Notes: generated by a model not told the origin, from the letters alone. 32,152 bases of DNA from an uncultured archaeon (GCA_964493715.1 CAZBPC010000029.1:2205-34356), one strand, 5' to 3'; shown: positions 1-8,702, numbered from the stretch's first letter. Numbers and translations are program-made.

Positions 1-23
1 TTCTCTGTTAATTACAACTTTTA

Positions 24-55
24 AAATAAAAAAGTAAATAAAAAAGTAAATAAAA
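24..55 (-). terminator. Short tandem repeat (AAATAAAAAAGT x2.7) forming oligo-T tracts on the minus strand; likely archaeal intrinsic terminator of the ATPase gene
   Basis: Unit at 24-35 and 36-47, partial at 48-55. It reads as T-runs on the minus strand, 5 nt past the ATPase stop codon. Confidence 0.45.
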
Positions 56-60
56 TTATT

Positions 61-2952
61 TTAAGATTTTTGGTTGGGGCTGAGAAATCGGAAGAATTCC
101 TTTATATATATGGTAAATGATTTGCCTCTCATTTTTAGTCTTATGTTGTACTTTCTCAATTCATCAACAATTGAAACTGAAAAAGCTCCTAGTAAAACCA
201 CTACCCAATGGTACCATTCTGTTAAAGGAACGACATGAAATGCAACGGAGATTGGCGTGTACAGGATCAAAAATTGCAATGCAAGAGATAGACCTGTTGC
301 CCAGAATAAATGTTTATTTGGGAAGTGATAAAAAGCTTTGGTATTAGAAGTACACGTGAAGACAAATAACAATTCACAAATAATTAAATTTGAAAATATA
401 ATCGTCTGTGTTAAACTTAAAGCGTATAAATTATCTGGATGACCCGTAATTGCATAATTTGCCAAATTTGGCGCTCCCATAGCACTCCAAGCTGGAATAA
501 GAACAGTCCAAAGAAGAACATAAAGAGAAATGTCGGTGATTGAAGTATAAATTCCAAGAAGTAAAGCAGGTCCTTTGATTTCTTTAATTAAAGTAAATCC
601 TTTTCTTGGAGGGGACTTCATGACGTCGGGATCTGTCGGGGTGAATCCAAGAACCATTGCTGGTATGCCATCCGTAGCGATGTTTAACCAAAGTATTTGA
701 ATTGGCTGGACAGGAATTCCAAGAAAAATATTTCCCCATATTTTCATTACAATATAAGCAACTAGAATTAGAAATATCTCATCGAAATTCGTACTTAGCA
801 TGTATCGGAAGAATCCTTTGGTAGTCTCAAAAATTCCCCTTCCTTCTTCTATCGCATTTACTATCGTTGCATAATTATCATCAATTAATATCATATCTGA
901 TGCTTCTTGAGTGACTTCTGTTCCTTTTAATCCCATAGCTACTCCAACGTGAGCTCCTTTCACTGCAGGTGCATCATTTACTCCATCCCCTGTCATGGCG
1001 ACGATTAAATCTAATTCTTTAAGGCGTCTTAGAATTCTTAACTTGTGTTCAGAAGTTACTCTGGCAAACACGTCTACAGTTTTTACCTTCTCTCTTAGTT
1101 CATCATCATCCATTTCTTCAAGATCAACACCCGTAAGAGCTTCATTTGATTCTGTTAAGCCAATTTGCTGTGCAATCGCTAGAGCTGTTACCGCATGGTC
1201 TCCCGTTATCATAATGGTTCTTATTCCTGCCATTCTAGCTTCTTTAATTGCATCTTTCACTTCATCTCTCGCAGGATCTATAATTCCCACTAATCCAATA
1301 TAGGTAAAATTTTTCTCAACCTCATTGATATCATATCCTGGTTCTAACTCCTTATATGCCACACCAAGTACTCTTAGAGCATTTTTCGCAAATTCATCAT
1401 TTTGATGTAAAATTTCATCTTTCAGTGTTTGGTCTGATTTTTTTTCACCATTAGATAATACTTGAGACGCATTCCTCATTAAAATATCAGGAGCTCCTTT
1501 AATTAATGCAACAGTTTTACCATTCAAATTTCCAATTACACTCATCATCTTTCTATCAGAATCGAAAGGAATTTCTTCCTGCTTTTCAAAAGAATCATTA
1601 ACTTTGGATTTAATCCCAAGCACTTTCATTGATATTTCAGTTGGATCTCCAACAACACTAACTTCACCAATATTTTGGTTTAAAATGTTTACATTAGAGT
1701 TATTACAATAGAGGCAAACATCCATAAATTTTTGAAGATCTGGGTTGATTTCAATTGAGGTTCCATTTTTTTGAATCTCTCCCAAAATGTTATATCCAAC
1801 ACCTTCCACATCAAGTACATTTCCATCTAGAAATACCTTTACTACGGTCATCTCATTTTTTGTCAAAGTACCAGTCTTATCGCTACAGATAACGCTTACA
1901 CGGCCCAAAGTTTCAACAGCAGTTAATTTTCGTACTAATGCATTCTTATTGGCCATTTTCTTCATACCAATACTCATTACAACTGTAATAACGACAATTA
2001 GACCTTCTGGAACTGCAGATACTGCTAAACTGATTGCTATTTCAAATGCTTGTACGATCTCATCAATACTTTCAGGAGTAAAGGAAATCCCTTCTGTAAT
2101 TAAAATAATACTAAGTTCAGTAATAAAAACCCCCGCACAAATTACTATTATTATTATCCCTAATAATTTACCAAATTTATCTACCTCTTTTTGAAAAGGA
2201 GTTTGCTCAAGAACCTCTTCTTGCAAGCTTGTAGCGATTTTTCCTATTTCAGTGTTCATTCCTGTCCCTATTACAATTCCTTCTCCATTTCCTCGGGTAA
2301 TAATCGTATTCATATATCCGATGTTTGTTCTATCGGCTAAAATCAATTTTTCATCTACTGCATATGTGTGTTTTTTTACAGGTTTAGATTCCCCTGTTAA
2401 AATGGCTTCATCAGCATAAAGAGAAAATTCCTTGAATAATCTAATATCCGCAGGAAATTTATCCCCATCTTCTACTAAAATTATATCTCCTGGTACTAGT
2501 TCCTCAGCGGGAACTTGTTTGACTTGACCATCCCTACGGACTCTAGCAAAATGAGGAGCTAATTTCTTTAAGCTTTCCATCGATTTTTCAGCTTGATATT
2601 CTTGATAAAATCCTAATACTCCATTAACAATTATAATAATAGCAATAACAATAGCATCAGTGTACTCAGAGGACCAAAATTCAGCTCCTGGTCTGTTACT
2701 CTCATATATACCAATGAGGATAGACACTGCAATAGCAAAATATAATAAATAAATGAGAAAATCTTTAAATTGACCAATAAAAATCTGAAATGCTGTTTTT
2801 CCCTTCTGCTTTATTAATTCATTTTTCCCATATTTTTCAATTCTTACTACTACTTCCTCTTCAGTTAACCCATTTTCACGTGAACTATCCAATGCTTTTA
2901 TAACGTCTTCAGATTTCATAGAGTGTGCGCTAAATTTCTTTATTTCTGCCAT
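61..2952 (-). CDS. P-type cation-transporting ATPase, type IIA (SERCA/PMR1-like, probably Ca2+)
   Basis: 963 aa with TGES actuator, PEGL in TM4, DKTGTLT phosphorylation site, KGAP, MITGD, TGDGVNDAP and LWLNIATDG in TM6; about 10 hydrophobic segments. Confidence 0.95.
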   Translation of the reverse strand: MAEIKKFSAHSMKSEDVIKALDSSRENGLTEEEVVVRIEKYGKNELIKQKGKTAFQIFIGQFKDFLIYLLYFAIAVSILIGIYESNRPGAEFWSSEYTDAIVIAIIIIVNGVLGFYQEYQAEKSMESLKKLAPHFARVRRDGQVKQVPAEELVPGDIILVEDGDKFPADIRLFKEFSLYADEAILTGESKPVKKHTYAVDEKLILADRTNIGYMNTIITRGNGEGIVIGTGMNTEIGKIATSLQEEVLEQTPFQKEVDKFGKLLGIIIIVICAGVFITELSIILITEGISFTPESIDEIVQAFEIAISLAVSAVPEGLIVVITVVMSIGMKKMANKNALVRKLTAVETLGRVSVICSDKTGTLTKNEMTVVKVFLDGNVLDVEGVGYNILGEIQKNGTSIEINPDLQKFMDVCLYCNNSNVNILNQNIGEVSVVGDPTEISMKVLGIKSKVNDSFEKQEEIPFDSDRKMMSVIGNLNGKTVALIKGAPDILMRNASQVLSNGEKKSDQTLKDEILHQNDEFAKNALRVLGVAYKELEPGYDINEVEKNFTYIGLVGIIDPARDEVKDAIKEARMAGIRTIMITGDHAVTALAIAQQIGLTESNEALTGVDLEEMDDDELREKVKTVDVFARVTSEHKLRILRRLKELDLIVAMTGDGVNDAPAVKGAHVGVAMGLKGTEVTQEASDMILIDDNYATIVNAIEEGRGIFETTKGFFRYMLSTNFDEIFLILVAYIVMKIWGNIFLGIPVQPIQILWLNIATDGIPAMVLGFTPTDPDVMKSPPRKGFTLIKEIKGPALLLGIYTSITDISLYVLLWTVLIPAWSAMGAPNLANYAITGHPDNLYALSLTQTIIFSNLIICELLFVFTCTSNTKAFYHFPNKHLFWATGLSLALQFLILYTPISVAFHVVPLTEWYHWVVVLLGAFSVSIVDELRKYNIRLKMRGKSFTIYIKEFFRFLSPNQKS

Positions 2953-3010
2953 CGTTTATTCAATTTTTTTCGTTTTTATTATAAATTTTATATTAAATAA
3001 CATAAGATAT

Positions 3011-3029
3011 AACCTAAATTTTTTAGGTT
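3011..3029. promoter_or_regulatory. Perfect 8-3-8 inverted repeat AACCTAAA-ttt-TTTAGGTT in the divergent intergenic region; candidate transcription-factor operator
   Basis: 3011-3018 is the exact reverse complement of 3022-3029. It lies between the ATPase start (2952) and the putative selenoprotein start (3086). Confidence 0.4.
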
Positions 3030-3045
3030 TTATTTTTTTTATAAC

Positions 3046-3053
3046 TTATAAAA
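3046..3053 (+). promoter_or_regulatory. Candidate TATA box (TTATAAAA) for the putative selenoprotein gene
   Basis: About 33-40 nt upstream of ATG 3086, with an SD-like GGTGA at 3079-3083. The AT-rich background weakens the call. Confidence 0.3.
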
Positions 3054-3085
3054 GAGAGTATCATAAAAAAATAATTCTGGTGATT

Positions 3086-3437
3086 ATGTTTTAAATTAAA
3101 GTTTTCAGAAACTGCATTAGATTATATTCGTGAACAAAATAAAAACTTTGAAGAAAACGATTTGGAAAAAAAAGTCGTTGTCCTCTTTTACCACTCTTCC
3201 GAATCATGACTTCTTTCATTCTGTGGAAACGTTGTAGAATTAGTAGAATCCAAAAAAGTAAAAAATGACTTGGATTTCATAGTTTGGATTGATGAGGAGA
3301 CCAATAAACTTGGGATTCAGGTTTACATTGAACAAAAAATAATAGATGAACTAAAACAAAATTCAGTAATCCAAATCAACGTGGCTATAGGCGAACTTAA
3401 AGGAGAAAAAATTGGATTCTTGTTCATGAAGACATAA
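3086..3437 (+). CDS. Putative HesB/IscA-like selenoprotein (~116 aa, in-frame TGA at 3207-3209); not in the ORF track. The start needs a +1 shift or correction of one extra T
   Basis: Frame 3090-3437 reads FKLKFSETALDYIREQNKNFEENDLEKKVVVLFYHSSES*LLSFCGNVVELVESKKVKNDLDFIVWIDEETNKLGIQVYIEQKIIDELKQNSVIQINVAIGELKGEKIGFLFMKT-TAA with a single TGA. The pattern resembles HesB-like proteins (x-S/T-E-x-A-x2-I helix, hydrophobic strand, redox residue, later G-I-x-V-Y-I-E). A SECIS-like hairpin follows. Confidence 0.7.
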
Positions 3438-3455
3438 GATATATCATGAGCAAAA

Positions 3456-3492
3456 ATGAACTTATTCTAATAAAAATGAGAGAATAGGTGAT
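3456..3492 (+). promoter_or_regulatory. Eukaryote-like SECIS element in the 3' UTR
   Basis: AUGAA (3456-3460), helix CUUAUUCU (3461-3468) paired with AGAAUAGG (3481-3488; 7 Watson-Crick + 1 GU), A-rich apical region AAUAAAAAUGAG, then UGAU (3489-3492). This gives the UGAN/NGAN core with tandem sheared GA pairs. Confidence 0.7.
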
Positions 3493-3861
3493 TTACGGTA
3501 GCTTCCGTATCATGTAAAATTTAAATATTTGCATAAGAAAATTTATAAAGAGATAATATCATTTAATCGATAATCTGACTAAAAAAGTTGAAACTGTATT
3601 ATACGAATCAGTAGAGTGTTTCGTTGTGTTGTTAGGATATTTCTTTTAGTATTAACCTTATCTTTAACTGAAGTTTCTATTCTTGGCGAAATTTTTAGTT
3701 CAGAAAGGTAAATATATCACAATCTCAGAGGAAAAGTTAAAGGAAGTTGAAGAGATTGAAGATATCTCGAAAATCTATAAAGATAATGACGATAGAAAAA
3801 GTAATTCTGGTCAAATTTAGTGTCTTAATGACAATAAAATAAAAAGAATTTTTGGATATTT

Positions 3862-4488
3862 TTATTTTTCCAATTTTTTCAGTAATTCCGCTACCCTTTT
3901 ACCTAAATCTTTTGCGATTTTTCCACCTAATTCGTCTTCTTCGTCCTTTCCAATGAATTCCTTTAATTTATGTTTTTGCAAACTAGTAATTGGGATGTTT
4001 CCCTCTAATACTGGACTTCCTAAAGCGTTTCCTACAACTATCATTCCATGTATCAATGCAAAGTTTATGAGATCAGCAATAACACCTTCACCTCCATTCC
4101 TCAATCCTGTTGCTGCTAAGGGAGCAAAAATCACATCTTTTAATAAATAATTTTTCATTTTCCAAGGACGGGATCTATCTATCAATGTTTTAATCTGTGA
4201 ACTAACTGAACCAAAATAATTTGGAGCCGCAATTAATAACGCATCAGTATTAAGCAATAATTCTTCAATTTTTTTTGTATCATCATTCTCTGCAAGAGGG
4301 CAATCATTAGGAGGTCTAAGGCAAGCATCACAACCATTACAAGGTGTTATCATATAATCTGATATATGAATTTTATTTATTCTAAAATCCGCTGAAACCT
4401 CCCTTATTCCTTCAATAGCTTTATCAATTAAAAAATTTGAACTTTTATTCTTTCTTGGGGAACCTACAATAAGACAAATTGTTTTCAA
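3862..4488 (-). CDS. Iron-sulfur flavoprotein / NADPH-dependent FMN reductase (flavodoxin-like) family
   Basis: GSPRKNKSS FMN-phosphate loop, Cx2Cx2Cx6C cluster motif (CNGCDACLRPPNDC), APNYFG and IDR motifs; TTG start. Confidence 0.9.
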   Translation of the reverse strand: MKTICLIVGSPRKNKSSNFLIDKAIEGIREVSADFRINKIHISDYMITPCNGCDACLRPPNDCPLAENDDTKKIEELLLNTDALLIAAPNYFGSVSSQIKTLIDRSRPWKMKNYLLKDVIFAPLAATGLRNGGEGVIADLINFALIHGMIVVGNALGSPVLEGNIPITSLQKHKLKEFIGKDEEDELGGKIAKDLGKRVAELLKKLEK

Positions 4489-4585
4489 ATCAATTATCTC
4501 TCATATTATGATTTTATTAAATTATTAAATACTCGATAACAAATTTAAATTTGCGAATAATCTACTAATATTAATAAGAATATTT

Positions 4586-5338
4586 TTGAGCAATAATACT
4601 TGGGTAATAAGCTCAATGGAAATTAGATATAATAGTAAGAAAGATTTATTAGATGAATTAAAAATACATAGGGAATTAATAATAAAGAAGATAAATCAAC
4701 TAGAATTTAATTCTGCTTTAAAAAAAGTTAAGTCTGCCATTGTTCTAATTGAAGAAGCTCAAGAATTTTTTAATCTGGATGATGAATTGGATGCATTTCT
4801 TCAATTAAACCAAAAAATTATGGATGAGAGATTTAATCATCGGGAATGGTATTTAAGAAAATATAATAATCTAATAAAAGAAAATCTGACTGAAGAAAAT
4901 CTCGAATCATTTTTAAAACTTCTAGTGATGTTAAAAGATGAAGTGGATGGAGTTGTGAATAAATTCAATTTAGAAGATGTTCAATATCATATTAACTCAT
5001 ATTTTACCTATCTAAAAAAAATGTATGGGATCATTAGTTCCTATAAAATCCTAGAGTTCAGCAAAGCATCTAGTCAAATATTACAATTTGCTAAAGAAGT
5101 TCGTCCTGAGAAATTTACTAATCTTAAAGCTCTAACACTCTCCCTTTATCGCGATTTGGTAACAAATAAATTACATCAAATTTCGAAAATGCAAAATAGA
5201 TGTCAAACGGATGAACTATGTGAGAAATTGGCTATTTCTAATGATGATTTAATCAAAATACTTGAATTAATAGAAGATATCCCTCAAAATCCAATTAAAA
5301 ATTACAATAAACGGTCCCAAGAAATAATTTTCAAATGA
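4586..5338 (+). CDS. Helical protein with C-terminal PCI-like winged-helix domain
   Basis: All-helical N-terminal region. The C-terminus (NKLHQISKMQNRCQTDELCEKLAISNDDLIKILELI...IKNYNKRSQEIIF) follows PCI winged-helix spacing by eye. True start may be ATG 4616. Confidence 0.5.
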   Translation: MSNNTWVISSMEIRYNSKKDLLDELKIHRELIIKKINQLEFNSALKKVKSAIVLIEEAQEFFNLDDELDAFLQLNQKIMDERFNHREWYLRKYNNLIKENLTEENLESFLKLLVMLKDEVDGVVNKFNLEDVQYHINSYFTYLKKMYGIISSYKILEFSKASSQILQFAKEVRPEKFTNLKALTLSLYRDLVTNKLHQISKMQNRCQTDELCEKLAISNDDLIKILELIEDIPQNPIKNYNKRSQEIIFK

Positions 5339-5339
5339 A

Positions 5340-6263
5340 TTATAAGCCTCGATAGGACTCTGATCGGAGTATATCTTTATGAGATATTCCATAATTAAGG
5401 AGTTCTAAAATTTCTTCCTTATCTTTTTCAAGAGTTCCTTTAATTGGAAGGTAATTACTAGCATGATTACTTCTGAATATACAATTCGCTTCTTTATTGG
5501 AGAATTCTATTTTTTCAATAAACATTTTTAACTCTTTCAGAATATCAGTAGCGTTCATTTCATTGAATTCATTATTTTGCTTTTTTTCATAAAGTACGGT
5601 TCCTTGAGGGATCATCAATGATAAAAAAGAAATATACCACAATCTATTATCGCTAGGGCATATCTTGTTAACTAAATCTGCAGATTCTATCGCGTGTTCC
5701 TTGGAGAGATCATGGTTATTAGATCCTCCTAGACCATTAATAAATGTTGCAGATAAAGTAATGTTTGCTTTCATTAACTTCCTCGCAGCATTGATATAAT
5801 CCTCTTTTGTGGCATTTTTATGAATTTGTTTCAACAAATAATCATTACCTGATTCAAATCCAACATAAGCTATTTTTAATCCTGCATCTGAAAGATCTCT
5901 TAATTGATCATCAGATTTTTTCAGAATGTCCTTAGCATGAGCATAGACTCCGACTCTTTGAGCATTTGGAAATTTACTCATGGCATAATTTGTAATTTCT
6001 AATAGTTTTTCAGTAGGAGTAACCATTGCATTTCCATCCAGAAAAAAGATTTTTCTCACATGAGTACTATAATTTCTATAAGCGATATCAAGATCTTTTT
6101 TAACATCGTCTAAATTTCTAACTTTAAAATTTTTTCTTAGATTTGAGACGCAAAAATCACAACGATAAGTACAACCTTCTGTTAATTGGATTAATAAAGA
6201 ATTCCCCTCAGAAGGAGGTCTAAATACAGGATAACAATAATATATAGATTGATTACTTACCAT
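5340..6263 (-). CDS. Radical SAM protein (RPPSE...QxTxGC family), function unknown
   Basis: RPPSEGNSLLIQLTEGCTYRCDFC (Cx3Cx2C), FFLDGN, YVGFESG and FRSNHASNY motifs. Confidence 0.9.
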   Translation of the reverse strand: MVSNQSIYYCYPVFRPPSEGNSLLIQLTEGCTYRCDFCVSNLRKNFKVRNLDDVKKDLDIAYRNYSTHVRKIFFLDGNAMVTPTEKLLEITNYAMSKFPNAQRVGVYAHAKDILKKSDDQLRDLSDAGLKIAYVGFESGNDYLLKQIHKNATKEDYINAARKLMKANITLSATFINGLGGSNNHDLSKEHAIESADLVNKICPSDNRLWYISFLSLMIPQGTVLYEKKQNNEFNEMNATDILKELKMFIEKIEFSNKEANCIFRSNHASNYLPIKGTLEKDKEEILELLNYGISHKDILRSESYRGL

Positions 6264-6306
6264 AATGAGTTATAAATTAAAGTTAAAATAATTTTTTTGC
6301 GATTGA

Positions 6307-7026
6307 TTACTCGTCAAAGCCATTTTCATCATCTTCGTCATCATCATCATCCTCATCATCATCAGTTTTCGGACGTTTAGGGCACGAAGTTAAATGACGA
6401 CCTAATCTTTGAAATTGCTTTCCACAATAAGGACATTTCTGTTTATCTTTAGGAGAATCTGATTTGGTATCAGGAGAGCTCGGTACTCGAAGTTTTTTCT
6501 TTTTCTTCCTACTTGGTAGAAAGTCATCGATACTGGCATCATCAGGAGCAAATTCACAAGATGCCATGTGTGATTCTACATCTTCAAAAATTTCAGCACA
6601 AAAAGGACACTCCATTTCACCAAAATCTTCTGTATCTAGATCATCCTTGCTAGCTTTTCGTTTTTCAAATCTAAGTGGTATCTCTTCTTCCTCTTCCTCG
6701 AACTCATCAATGGTTAAATCAAGTTCACTTTCGCTTGATATCTCATCTAATTCAAATTCATCTAATTCAATTTGTTTTGCTTTGACTTTCTGCTCCGCAG
6801 TTTTTTTGCTTTCTTCATATACATCTGAAAATTTTTTATTTACCTGTGAATATAAAGTACATACTTGACAAACATATGCTTTACGACCTAATACAAGATC
6901 TCTTTCTTTACAAACACAAAGTGCTTGTAGGCTATTAGAAATATCACCAGCTGGTTCCAAGAACTTGCACGCAAATTTTCTTGAATATTTTATTTTTTGT
7001 TTTCGACGTGGTATGATGATCACCAA
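6307..7026 (-). CDS. Low-complexity protein with N-terminal Cys cluster and two C2HC zinc fingers
   Basis: Fingers CPFC-x9-H-x3-C and CPYC-x9-H-x3-C; N-terminal C..CxC..CxxC; acidic tracts, an RKKKKK basic patch and a poly-Asp tail. Confidence 0.75.
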   Translation of the reverse strand: MVIIIPRRKQKIKYSRKFACKFLEPAGDISNSLQALCVCKERDLVLGRKAYVCQVCTLYSQVNKKFSDVYEESKKTAEQKVKAKQIELDEFELDEISSESELDLTIDEFEEEEEEIPLRFEKRKASKDDLDTEDFGEMECPFCAEIFEDVESHMASCEFAPDDASIDDFLPSRKKKKKLRVPSSPDTKSDSPKDKQKCPYCGKQFQRLGRHLTSCPKRPKTDDDEDDDDDEDDENGFDE

Positions 7027-7100
7027 AAAAAGTAATTAACATAATGATCCTTAAAATATATTTTTTTTGATTGTTACCAAGAGAGAAATAATATTATTTC

Positions 7101-8702
7101 TTAAAAATTATAAATGATTGACTTAAGATCCTCAACTATTTTTTGTCTGAGAGAACTATGTGAAACGCTTGGTAACAACTCTTCTAATATATCTCTTAAT
7201 TCAATAATCTTTTCTTTTAATAATTCTGGTTTGCTCCATAATGACTTTCGAAGGGGATGGCTATGAAGTATTGCTTTATTATAATTTTCTATTGATTCTC
7301 TATAAAAAAGGCAAGCACTATCATAATTCTCCAATCTAGTTTGATAAATAGTTCCAATCTTGTTAAAACACATGCCTGCTCCAGCATAATCACCAACATT
7401 TTCAAATAGAATTGCCGCATCTCTAATTTTACTTAATGCTGACTTCAAAACATCATTCTTTCCCTGTTTTAACAAGATATATCCAAGAATGTAATTAGAT
7501 ACAGCTTTATAAAACGTATTATCTTGTTCCTCTGCTAATTTTATTAGATCAGTTGCAAATTCTTCTGCTAAGACTAGATGATTGTTTGAGATGCATAATT
7601 TAATCAGATTTTGCAATAAATCTTGAATTCGGTCAAGATCTCCTTCTCTCTTATAAATCTTTATTCCTTGACGATATTTTTCTACTCCTGTAAAAGGATC
7701 TCGTTGTTGAAATGCTGAATTACCTTCATATATTAATTTTTCTGCTCTTTCTAAATTTCCTTCGATTTTAGTTTTGGTATGATTTGATTCATCCCAAAAA
7801 AGGTTATTGATGTCAAAAGAGACTTCTTTTTTCATAGGAATATCTACTAAGACTTCCTTATCTGGCCTTGTATCAATTTCAGTATTCATCTCATCTTTTA
7901 CAATGTTATTTTGATGTTTCTCACCATATGCTGACTGTAACGGTTTTCCTACTGATACTAAAGCTGATAATTCAGATAAAACGTTGGCAAAGAAATACTT
8001 ATTCAAACCCTCCACAATATAATCTACTTTATGGTAATTTGTCTCATATTCAGCAGAATTAGGATCCATATTAACATCTGTTAGTCTATATATCTCAAAT
8101 CCCGTACTGTATTTCGTTAATACATTCTCTCCGATTTTTTCTTCCCTCTTTTTTCCCAATAAACTATGATCAAAAACTAAACCAATTGAATCATTAAATT
8201 TATTTTGAAAACCTAGCTGATTTATAAGATCAACGTAAGAAAAGAATAACGTTAATCCTGGATGTGAATGGAACCAACCGACAACAAAATGTCCATTATT
8301 CTCTTCATACAATTGCTGTTCAATCTCATCTATAAAAATATAGTGCCTATGATCCAATTGAACATCCGTGTCATGACCAAAAGTTAAAGCATAGGCATTT
8401 TCTACACGGACAAAATCATCATCAACATAACCCGTTAGAATGCCATAAATTTCCTTCCATTCAGTAGGTGGTATCGCTTGATTAGCAAATCGACTTGCGT
8501 ATAAAATGATTGTTTTATATGCTTCAGCATTTATTATGGCAGGTTTACCAAGATTTAAAGATTCATCTTGTTTGGAGAATGCATTATTCTCATTATTAAT
8601 ATTACCATTTTTTTCCGGTTTTTGATTTTCATTAGACATTTTACTATAATTGAAGAGAATTTGACCATTTTTTGTTGCTTTAAAATCATATACAAATACC
8701 AT
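7101..8702 (-). CDS. JAMM/MPN+ metallo-isopeptidase (Rpn11/CSN5-like) fused to C-terminal TPR-like repeats
   Basis: Catalytic Glu in EIYGIL; GWFHSHPGLTLFFSYVD is an intact HxH-x7-S-x2-D motif (~8229-8270). The C-terminal ~210 aa are TPR/SNAP-like helices. True start may be the downstream Met (MSNENQ). Confidence 0.85.
   Translation of the reverse strand: MVFVYDFKATKNGQILFNYSKMSNENQKPEKNGNINNENNAFSKQDESLNLGKPAIINAEAYKTIILYASRFANQAIPPTEWKEIYGILTGYVDDDFVRVENAYALTFGHDTDVQLDHRHYIFIDEIEQQLYEENNGHFVVGWFHSHPGLTLFFSYVDLINQLGFQNKFNDSIGLVFDHSLLGKKREEKIGENVLTKYSTGFEIYRLTDVNMDPNSAEYETNYHKVDYIVEGLNKYFFANVLSELSALVSVGKPLQSAYGEKHQNNIVKDEMNTEIDTRPDKEVLVDIPMKKEVSFDINNLFWDESNHTKTKIEGNLERAEKLIYEGNSAFQQRDPFTGVEKYRQGIKIYKREGDLDRIQDLLQNLIKLCISNNHLVLAEEFATDLIKLAEEQDNTFYKAVSNYILGYILLKQGKNDVLKSALSKIRDAAILFENVGDYAGAGMCFNKIGTIYQTRLENYDSACLFYRESIENYNKAILHSHPLRKSLWSKPELLKEKIIELRDILEELLPSVSHSSLRQKIVEDLKSIIYNF

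Noticed and set aside
6320-6365. TCA/TCG trinucleotide repeat
   Set aside because: It simply encodes the poly-Asp tail of the zinc-finger protein.
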